This document shows positions 56,279 through 64,000 of a stretch of 64,000 nucleotides of DNA, in pieces. Numbering within the stretch: the stretch's first letter is position 1; the number at the start of each line of letters is the position of its first letter. The position numbers and the translations under genes are program-made. Under the pieces are notes generated by a model. That model did not search any database and was not told where the DNA came from. It saw only the letters and a program-made list of their open reading frames with translations. This DNA is from Fibrobacteria bacterium (lineage in GTDB: Bacteria; Fibrobacterota; Fibrobacteria; UBA11236; JADFYW01): the NCBI GenBank assembly GCA_050294405.1, contig JBNKOC010000008.1, positions 62,755 to 126,754 on the forward strand, written 5' to 3'.

Positions 56279-58294
56279 TTGGTGCTCCTACGTTTTTTAA
56301 AATTATTCTTTTTAATTACAGCAATTCCGCTTGTTCAAAATTGTAGCGTTACAAAAACTAACCCTTCGGCTCCTGGCTTTAGCTCTCCATCGGGGGAACT
56401 AAACCAAGACCAAATTTTATTTTCGGAAGTTTTTGAATTTCTAAATCCGGGTTTAGAATACATGAAGGATTCTTTGTGGTTCGAAGCCCAGGATAATTTC
56501 GACTCTGCCTTAGCAAAACTAAATGAATTAGAGTCCCTGGATTCACTGGACAGCAGCTATTACCAGCATATCCATGTATATCGCGATTCCATTTATAAAC
56601 TGCTTATACATGTTACTTCTGTAACCAGCCAGATGGCCATTCAATTGCCTTGGTCCCTTTGGTGGGATACGGAAATGGAAGATGTTAGTGATAGCGCCAT
56701 TGTTGCCATGGATAGTTTATCCGCGCATCTGCATCCTGACAACTACGATTTACCTCTTTCTTTGCCCCTTCATCCCAGGGTGTTGCAAGCCATGGCTGTT
56801 TTAAAATCCGAAAAAGGCCGCAAGTATTTCCAAAAATGGATTAACAGACGTTCCCGCTATGAAAATATGATTCTGGCCAAATTAAAAGAGCATAACATGC
56901 CCCAGGATTTAATCTACCTTGCTATGATAGAAAGCGGGTTTTCTCCCCGTGCCTGGTCCAGGGCTGCTGCCAGCGGTGTTTGGCAATTTATATCGGCAAC
57001 AGGCAGGCGTTACGGCCTTAGTTCGGACTGGTGGGTGGACGAAAGGCGCGACCCTGAAAAAGCCACCTTGGCTGCTATCAAGTACCTTTCCGAGTTGCAC
57101 GAAGAGTTTGGCGATTGGTATTTGGCTATGGCAGCCTACAACTGCGGGGAAAATCGCATCCGTCGAAAGCTAAAAGAAAATCCGGGAGCCAGCTACTGGG
57201 ATATGACTTTGCCCAGGGAAACAGAAAAATATGTTCCAAAAGTTTTAGCTGCCATGATAATCGGTAAAAATCCCGAACATTACGGTTTTACCCTATCGCC
57301 CGAGCCGCCCATTGAATACGATACGGCCACAGTGTTTCACTGTTTATCTCTGGCCAATATTGCCGAAGCTGCCGAAGCCGAAGAAGAGGATGTTAAGCTG
57401 CTCAACCCAGAATTAAAACGCTGGTGCACGCCTCCTAATGCAAAATCCCACGTTGTAAAAATCCCTGTTGGCAAAAGAGAAATTTTCCTGGCTAACTACG
57501 AAAAAATGGACAAGACCAATTTGGTGAAATGGCATCGCCACAGGGTTTCCCGGGGGGAAAACCTGGGTTACCTGGCCAATAGATATGGTGTGAGTATTGG
57601 GGCTATAAAAAGCACCAATAACTTAAAAGGAAATATGATTCGCATAGGCCAAAAGCTTATTATTCCTGTTCCGGGGGGCGGCCAACCTTCTAAAAAATCA
57701 AGCAACTCTGCTGAAGCCCAAAAACCCGAGCCAGTGGAATTTAAGAAGACAACAACTTCCGCTGTGGCCGGAGAATACATTGTCCAAAATGGCGACAATT
57801 TATACGACATCAGCCGCAAACTAGGTATTTCAGTCCGAGATTTAATGAGCATCAACAGCCTAAGCAAAAACGCCATAATAAGGCCGGGCCAGGTTTTAAA
57901 AACTACGGCGGGCTCTACAGCTGCAGACAATACATCTGGCCATAGCTCAAGTCCTAAAGAATCCGCTCTATCCCGCAGTGCAGAAGAAGAGTACAGCGTA
58001 TACAGGGTTCGTGCCGGAGATAACCTGGGAGTTATTTCCAATAAATTGGGAGTGGATGTGGCCCAGCTAAAAAGCTGGAATAAACTAACCAGTAACCGCA
58101 TAAACATCGGTCAGGAACTACGCTATTTGCAGGTAAACAGCGATGGCACAAGCAAAATGTTTTATACGGTTAAACCTATGGACAATTTGTGGGATATATC
58201 TGTTCGCTTTCAAACCACAGTAAAAGAATTAAAACGCCTAAACCCCGATCTACCTAAAGTGCTTAAGCCAGGCCTTAAAATTAGGGTGCAATAA
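56279..58294 (+). CDS. mltD: MltD-like lytic transglycosylase with LysM repeats
   Basis: YLAMIESGF, ASGVWQFI, DERRDP, AAYNCGE, ETEKYVPK; four clear LysM domains. Confidence 0.9.
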   Translation: MVLLRFLKLFFLITAIPLVQNCSVTKTNPSAPGFSSPSGELNQDQILFSEVFEFLNPGLEYMKDSLWFEAQDNFDSALAKLNELESLDSLDSSYYQHIHVYRDSIYKLLIHVTSVTSQMAIQLPWSLWWDTEMEDVSDSAIVAMDSLSAHLHPDNYDLPLSLPLHPRVLQAMAVLKSEKGRKYFQKWINRRSRYENMILAKLKEHNMPQDLIYLAMIESGFSPRAWSRAAASGVWQFISATGRRYGLSSDWWVDERRDPEKATLAAIKYLSELHEEFGDWYLAMAAYNCGENRIRRKLKENPGASYWDMTLPRETEKYVPKVLAAMIIGKNPEHYGFTLSPEPPIEYDTATVFHCLSLANIAEAAEAEEEDVKLLNPELKRWCTPPNAKSHVVKIPVGKREIFLANYEKMDKTNLVKWHRHRVSRGENLGYLANRYGVSIGAIKSTNNLKGNMIRIGQKLIIPVPGGGQPSKKSSNSAEAQKPEPVEFKKTTTSAVAGEYIVQNGDNLYDISRKLGISVRDLMSINSLSKNAIIRPGQVLKTTAGSTAADNTSGHSSSPKESALSRSAEEEYSVYRVRAGDNLGVISNKLGVDVAQLKSWNKLTSNRINIGQELRYLQVNSDGTSKMFYTVKPMDNLWDISVRFQTTVKELKRLNPDLPKVLKPGLKIRVQ

Positions 58295-58323
58295 AAAGCC
58301 ATTACAAAAAAGGGAGCTAATAT

Positions 58324-59241
58324 ATGAAAAAATTTGGTAAAGCTCTGGTTCTGTTATTGGTATTTGCCGTCGGCTGCTTTTTTCTTATGATGAGCGGTTT
58401 CTTTAATATGTTATCCTCCTTAACCGGTGATTTAACCTACATGGAACTCGAAAATAAACCTCATGTATCTGTGCTTAAGGTGGAAGGTCCCATCATGGGT
58501 TCCGAAGCAATATTGACGCAAATCGAGGCCATTCGCAAAAATAAAAACTCCAGGGGTATAATAGTTCGCATCGATTCTCCCGGGGGAGCGGTGGGCGCAT
58601 CTCAGGAAATTTTCACCAGCCTTAAAAAAATTAAAGAGGATAGCATTCCCGTTGTGGTGTCTATGGGAAATACCGCAGCTTCCGGCGGCTATTACATTGC
58701 CCTTGCGGCCTCTAAAATATTCGCCAACCCTGGCACCATAACTGGTAGCATTGGCGTGATAGCTCAATTTCCTGTGGCCTCAGAGCTTATGGATAAAATT
58801 GGCGTGGATGTTACTACCGTAAAAAGCGGTGAACTCAAAGATGCCGGCTCTCCCTTCCGCAACCCAAGCTTAACAGACAGCCTCTATTTCCAGGGTGTTA
58901 TCGACGATACATACGAACAATTTTTTGGCGATGTAATGGACTCTCGTCCCATTAGTGCCGACAGTTTAAAACAAGTGGCCGATGGCCGTATCCTTACAGG
59001 GCGGCAGGCTCTGGGTTGGGGTCTGGTGGACAGCCTGGGGGGATGGCAGGAAGCCAAAAGCTACATGGCCAGCCAAGTCCAGCTTTCTCAGGCAGATTTT
59101 TATGAAATCCCCAAAAAACGCAGTCTTTGGGAGCGCCTCAACGAACCTGTGGAGGGCAGCCTCAATAAATTAGGCCAATTTCTCAGCCGAAATCTGGGTT
59201 TTGGCGTATTTTACATGCCTCATTTGCCACTTAACTCCTAA
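58324..59241 (+). CDS. sppA: signal peptide peptidase SppA (S49)
   Basis: RIDSPGG, AASGGYYIA, TGSIGV, KSGELKD, DGRILTG. Confidence 0.93.
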   Translation: MKKFGKALVLLLVFAVGCFFLMMSGFFNMLSSLTGDLTYMELENKPHVSVLKVEGPIMGSEAILTQIEAIRKNKNSRGIIVRIDSPGGAVGASQEIFTSLKKIKEDSIPVVVSMGNTAASGGYYIALAASKIFANPGTITGSIGVIAQFPVASELMDKIGVDVTTVKSGELKDAGSPFRNPSLTDSLYFQGVIDDTYEQFFGDVMDSRPISADSLKQVADGRILTGRQALGWGLVDSLGGWQEAKSYMASQVQLSQADFYEIPKKRSLWERLNEPVEGSLNKLGQFLSRNLGFGVFYMPHLPLNS

Positions 59242-59321
59242 AAGCCTTTCCTTTGGTAATTATTTGGTAATATTAGGCTTTTGCTTTTGAACCAAAAGCC
59301 CATATTTTGTAAATCGTATTC

Positions 59322-62300
59322 ATGAAATATTCTTTTTTTAAAAGGCTAAAATGGCCTGGTTTAAGGGGTATTCCTCTTGGCCTGGTTGTTTTTATCGCCC
59401 AAGGGCTGGGATTAAATAAAGCATATGCCCACCAGCTGCAAGTTTTAGAAGACAGTCCCCGGCAACTTAAGCTGGAATTAAAGCTGGACCCGATACATTC
59501 TGGCAAACAATTTAAAAGCCTTCAGGAGTTTATGGAGGCCTGCCAAAAATGTGTGCCCAGTTCTAAAGCGGGGGAGCCTAACAGACCTTATTACCCCATA
59601 CAAGTGGTGGCGGAAAAAGAGCCTTCCATAAACTATGTAATTGATAAAAGCCAAAGTTTATTTGTTAAAGTAAACCCTAAGCCTGTACCCATTTCCAAAA
59701 GCCCCACTGAAGAAGTTTATGAAAAGGATTTGCAGTTGTATAAAAAAGCTAATGCTTTAACTCCAGTTATTTCTACCCAAAAGAAAATGCGCTCTTTGCC
59801 GGTTTATACCGTTTTATTGCCCTTGGCCAGTTGGGATGAAAGTAAATCCAAGTGGAATTGGGTCACAGATGTAACATGGAGCCTTCGTTATAAATCAAAC
59901 AATCCAACTCCGGTAAATTTGAATATTCCCAAAAACATGGAACAAAGCTTAGCAAACCCCATTGGAGCTAAAAGTCAGATAAAAAACTTAGGTCTAAATT
60001 CTTTACGCAAAATAGGAACCCGGCAAGCCATTAACATAAAGGGCCCCTTGGTAAAAATACAAATAGGGGATAGGGAAGTGGAAGGCCAATTGGAGGATGG
60101 CTATTATAAATTAACCTATCAGGAAATAAGGGCTGCGGATAAATTAAGAGGGACCAAAAACTTTACCTTTGGGAATTCCATAAACAGCATTTCCATGTAT
60201 GCGGGTGTGGAAAGACGGCCTTCGGAAATACCGGAGGGCTTGCCTCATGGAGGAAATTTAATAGAAGTGCCAATACGGGTAGTGGATGTAAATAAAGATG
60301 GAACTTTTGATGACGAGGATTATATTGAGTTTTTTGCCCACGGTACATCTGTATGGAATGAACTCAGCTGGGATTCTCTGGCCACATTTCCCATACATTA
60401 TGAGTTGGATGTAAACCCCTTTAGCTTTTACAATTATTATTATCTTGATTTTAAATCTGGCGCCGGGAAAAAACTCGAAACTCTGGAATCCCTTTCTGTG
60501 GAAGGGTCCACTAAAACAAGTTCTTACACTTACCTTCACCGCCAAAAAGAGTTCCAATTGGGTACCTGTGCCTATGGGCATTACGATACGGAAACGGGAA
60601 AAGATTGGTATTGGGTGGCCAACACAAAAGAATGTGATGTAAGTTATTCCGGAAAAGCGAATTTAACCTCAAATCAACTTAATTTCGATAAAAATATGTT
60701 TGTGGATTACGCTACTGGCAGTACCAGTTATTTCGGCTTCTACAGGGTTCCCAGCACCCGCAACAATAATTTTGTTTTGAATTTGGGAGACAATACGGGC
60801 AGCTATATTAGTCCCGATGTAAATTTGAATGGTAGTTATTACATGCTGGATGGTTCTATAACAGAGAATGACTTTAGTGTGGTATGGAATGATATCACCC
60901 GGGGTTACGGCTTTGACGGTTATACTGTTATTTATATGCGTGAACACAACTTTTCTGGAGAGCCTTTTTATCTTTTCCCCGATGTATTTGATGAGAAAGT
61001 GAGCTGGAAAATTACAGGTAGTAATTTTGAAGTGCTTAAAATTGAAGAAGGAATTGGAGTTGGTTGGCTTAATGTAAATGGCTCTGGTGTGTTTACAGAC
61101 ATAGCCACAAAAGGCCTTTCCACAAAATATTATATATACTCAAAGGGAATCAGCCAGGAAATCAAAGCTGAAAATTTGTTTTACGAAAAACCAATTCCCG
61201 ATGGAGCGTTATCGGGACTTAGTAATACTCCTTCGGGAAATACCGAGTATTTAATAATAAGCCCCGACTCTTTAATCAACCAGGCCTTAGAACTAAAAAA
61301 TTACCGCAATAATGAAGGAAACTTTAAAACCAGTGTGGTTCGAACAGAGGATATTTACCGGCATTTTAGTTCGGGTAGGGTCTCTCCTGTGGCCATTCGC
61401 GATTATTTACGCTGGCTCTATTTTAAAGGCGCTAATTCCACTCCCGATTCCAGTTTAAAACATGTGCTTTTATTTGGAGATGGCCATTTTGATTACCGTA
61501 ACATATATGCTGAAATGGTGGATATTGCCGAGGAGAATATTGAGCCCAATTTTATACCGCCCTTTGAAGTGGGATACAATGCTTCGGATGATTACTATAC
61601 ATATATGGATGACGAAGAATCTGTAACAAAGAACGGCAGTGCCTCTGATTTTGCTTTGGGAAGAATTCCCGTGTCCAGCGATGGAGAGGCTGCTGCTTAT
61701 ATCAATAAAATAAAAGTTTTTAATGACCCGGCTCAATTTGGAACCTGGAGAAATAAATTTTTATCCACGGCAGATGATGATTTTCAAAGAAATGCTGGTA
61801 ATTGTGATATAGATCCAATAAGAGAAGGGCATACCAATGATGCCAGAGTTATGAATGAACTGGTATTAGCTACGGATCCGGCAAAAATAACGGACAATGT
61901 TTATTTATTAAATTACGAGGCAAATTTTGCCAATTCCAAACCCGAGGCCGCCCAAGATTTACTTATAAAGTTAAATAAGGGCGTGATTGCCGCTAATTAC
62001 ATAGGACATGGTAGCGACCAGGTATGGGCCGACGAAGGGTTGTTTGTCACTAAAAAGGCTGTACCCAAATTAAGTAACAAGGGTAAAACAGGTTTGATAA
62101 CATCTTTTAGCTGTACTGTGGGTCGTTTTGAAAAATTCACCAGTGACGGCCTCAGCGAAACCTTAATAAGCCTTCCGGAAGTTGGAGCCCTATCCACAGT
62201 TTCTGCCACAAGGGAATCTTTAAGAGGGCCAAACATTGCTCTTGCCACCGGTTTTTTTCGCAGAGTTTTTGAGTTGGAACCAAATGGGGGGGGTAAGACG

Positions 62301-63566
62301 TTAGGCGATGCCTTACTGGAAGCTAAGTCGTCAAGTAACAATTTCGAAAACAATCAAAAATACGCCCTTTTCGGGGAGCCTGTGGAAACCCTAAGGAAAA
62401 AGCAGTTAAATGTAAAACTAACCAAAAGTCCTACTTCCATTAGGGCTATGGACTGTGGAGTTATGCAGGGAACCGTTTCCGGAGGGAGTGGGGAAGGTTA
62501 TGTACATGTGGATGTGTTTGGAGCCAACAGCACTAAGCTGGTTCCCGGTCGGGAATGCGATATTGGTGATAGTCGTCCTTCTAAAGATCAATATCTGGAT
62601 GTAAACGGCCCCTTGCTTTTTTCCAGTACTGTGCCTTTTAGCAATGGAAAATTTTCCCTGGATTATGTTTTTAATGACAGAATCCCTTTTGGAGATTCCG
62701 CAGCATATATAAAAGTATATGCCTGGGATAAAAACAGACCCATGGAAGGCGGCTATTTCAAAGACAGTTTGCTAGTGGCAGGGGAAGCCAACAGCTGTGA
62801 TATGGAAAGTACCGAAGGGCCGCAGATTATAATTTCGGGTTGTGAGCGCAGCCAAACTTCCTTGGCGGATTTCGATAAAAAAATAAGTCTGCCCATTCCA
62901 TACTGTGTGGAAATTGTAGCCACCGATAGTACTGGTGGGGTTTTTGTTACAGATAGACCTGATGAAGGAACCACAGTTGAAGTGTGGGACTTAAACAACT
63001 CCGAACAATTGGCAGCTCCCGTACAGCCCCGCCTTTCCGAAGATGAATTTACTCGCAAAAGCTTTAAATGGGAGTTTGACAATAGCTGGAAACCAGGGCA
63101 ATATTTGCTAAAAGTTAGGGCACAGGATGGTTTTGGTAACATGTCCACCCGGGAACTGGAAGTAACATTAAAGAACGAAGACTTTTTATCTGTGTATAAA
63201 GTGTTTAATGTTCCCAACCCCATTAAAGAAGATGGGACCTGCTTTTATTTTGGCGGCATTGGCAAACAAAACTCTGGTAACTTTGGAGAAGAGGACGCTA
63301 ACTTTAATGCTGAAATTAAAATTTTTAATCAAAGTGGCTACCTGGTAAAACAGCTTAAAAATGTTAGTGCCAGAATAAACATAAGCGCTGGTAAAGAAGA
63401 GTGTAAAATTCGCGGGGCTTGGTGGGATGGAAACGATTTTTACGGAAAGCGTTTGGGCAATGGTATTTATTATTACCAGGTTAAGGTTAAACAAAACTTT
63501 AGCAGCAGCAATGGAATAGAAACAAAGTCCAGCCAGCGCAAAAATACCTTGGTGATTAGCAGGTAG
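59322..63566 (+). CDS. porU: PorU-like C25 (gingipain family) peptidase / T9SS sortase with CTD-like C-terminus
   Basis: DYIEFFAHG, EYLIIS, AIRDYLR, VLLFGDGHFDY, ASDDYY, GRIPV, His/Cys motifs NYIGHGS and SFSCTVG; C-terminal NVPNP..IKIFNQSG..WDG..GIYYY. Confidence 0.8.
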   Translation: MKYSFFKRLKWPGLRGIPLGLVVFIAQGLGLNKAYAHQLQVLEDSPRQLKLELKLDPIHSGKQFKSLQEFMEACQKCVPSSKAGEPNRPYYPIQVVAEKEPSINYVIDKSQSLFVKVNPKPVPISKSPTEEVYEKDLQLYKKANALTPVISTQKKMRSLPVYTVLLPLASWDESKSKWNWVTDVTWSLRYKSNNPTPVNLNIPKNMEQSLANPIGAKSQIKNLGLNSLRKIGTRQAINIKGPLVKIQIGDREVEGQLEDGYYKLTYQEIRAADKLRGTKNFTFGNSINSISMYAGVERRPSEIPEGLPHGGNLIEVPIRVVDVNKDGTFDDEDYIEFFAHGTSVWNELSWDSLATFPIHYELDVNPFSFYNYYYLDFKSGAGKKLETLESLSVEGSTKTSSYTYLHRQKEFQLGTCAYGHYDTETGKDWYWVANTKECDVSYSGKANLTSNQLNFDKNMFVDYATGSTSYFGFYRVPSTRNNNFVLNLGDNTGSYISPDVNLNGSYYMLDGSITENDFSVVWNDITRGYGFDGYTVIYMREHNFSGEPFYLFPDVFDEKVSWKITGSNFEVLKIEEGIGVGWLNVNGSGVFTDIATKGLSTKYYIYSKGISQEIKAENLFYEKPIPDGALSGLSNTPSGNTEYLIISPDSLINQALELKNYRNNEGNFKTSVVRTEDIYRHFSSGRVSPVAIRDYLRWLYFKGANSTPDSSLKHVLLFGDGHFDYRNIYAEMVDIAEENIEPNFIPPFEVGYNASDDYYTYMDDEESVTKNGSASDFALGRIPVSSDGEAAAYINKIKVFNDPAQFGTWRNKFLSTADDDFQRNAGNCDIDPIREGHTNDARVMNELVLATDPAKITDNVYLLNYEANFANSKPEAAQDLLIKLNKGVIAANYIGHGSDQVWADEGLFVTKKAVPKLSNKGKTGLITSFSCTVGRFEKFTSDGLSETLISLPEVGALSTVSATRESLRGPNIALATGFFRRVFELEPNGGGKTLGDALLEAKSSSNNFENNQKYALFGEPVETLRKKQLNVKLTKSPTSIRAMDCGVMQGTVSGGSGEGYVHVDVFGANSTKLVPGRECDIGDSRPSKDQYLDVNGPLLFSSTVPFSNGKFSLDYVFNDRIPFGDSAAYIKVYAWDKNRPMEGGYFKDSLLVAGEANSCDMESTEGPQIIISGCERSQTSLADFDKKISLPIPYCVEIVATDSTGGVFVTDRPDEGTTVEVWDLNNSEQLAAPVQPRLSEDEFTRKSFKWEFDNSWKPGQYLLKVRAQDGFGNMSTRELEVTLKNEDFLSVYKVFNVPNPIKEDGTCFYFGGIGKQNSGNFGEEDANFNAEIKIFNQSGYLVKQLKNVSARINISAGKEECKIRGAWWDGNDFYGKRLGNGIYYYQVKVKQNFSSSNGIETKSSQRKNTLVISR

Positions 63567-64000
63567 TTTTAATTACCAAAGTATTTTCGATATTGTAAAA
63601 AATATCGACACCATGTGTTCAATATTTGCGAAAAATCTTTTATAGAACGGAAAATTTTACTTTTCTTAAAAAATACATGGACAAGTAAAGAATCTTTGCT
63701 AGTATTTATTTCATAAGTCACAAAAATTTTGTGAGTTAAAATTCTCGATGGTAGGGTAAGTTTTTAAAACTCCCATTTATTTAGCAAAAAAATCTGGGTA
63801 AAATAACAGAGTTGCCGAATTTAGTGGTCGGTGTTTTTATTCGCGTAGCTCAATTTTAAACCGTTAATAGGGCTTGGCTCCTATTTGATTATATCTCTTC
63901 GCTGATTTTTCTGGTATTGCTTTATTCCAGGAAGTTTTAAAGTTATTGGTATCTGATATAGCTCTGTTCAGCAATATTTGAGAAATTTTAGTTTGTTAAC

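Overview
AT-rich bacterial chromosomal window with about 48 densely packed CDSs. No rRNA, tRNA, CRISPR array, transposase or phage genes were recognised. The mix of a PorU-like C25 peptidase, sigma54 regulators and a deltaproteobacteria-style chemosensory cluster suggests an FCB-group (Fibrobacterota-like) diderm; this is inference only. Gene blocks, left to right: (1) receptor-less chemosensory cluster cheA-cheW-cheB-cheR-cheY-HDOD; (2) clpB with a sigma54-type promoter, moaC; (3) ccsA-hemA-hemE; (4) a degenerate REC-PAS-AAA-HTH regulator flanked by two candidate sRNAs; (5) a degenerate uvrA paralog, rrf2, sucCD-mdh; (6) cytochrome c, Sua5/YciO, YraN, Ser/Thr kinase; (7) a lipoprotein-TPR-GT2-DUF2914-MMPL-aminotransferase operon; (8) serA; (9) a 16-kb same-strand locus; (10) mltD-like, sppA and porU-like genes. 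The 16-kb locus (39913-55819) is the best candidate for an undescribed system. It encodes Wza, an ExeA-like ATPase, a Wzc with an extra TM plus NTF2-like domain, an SLBB-FecR-pseudo-LCP fusion, a TPR protein, a FleS/FleR-like pair, a pseudo-receiver kinase, a HAMP-GGDEF protein and a TPR-TonB-C protein. Non-coding highlights: two promoter+terminator-defined sRNA candidates with C-rich/anti-SD motifs, an 89-bp diverged dispersed repeat in two copies, and a probable CTG start for hemE. All domain calls are by eye, from motifs.
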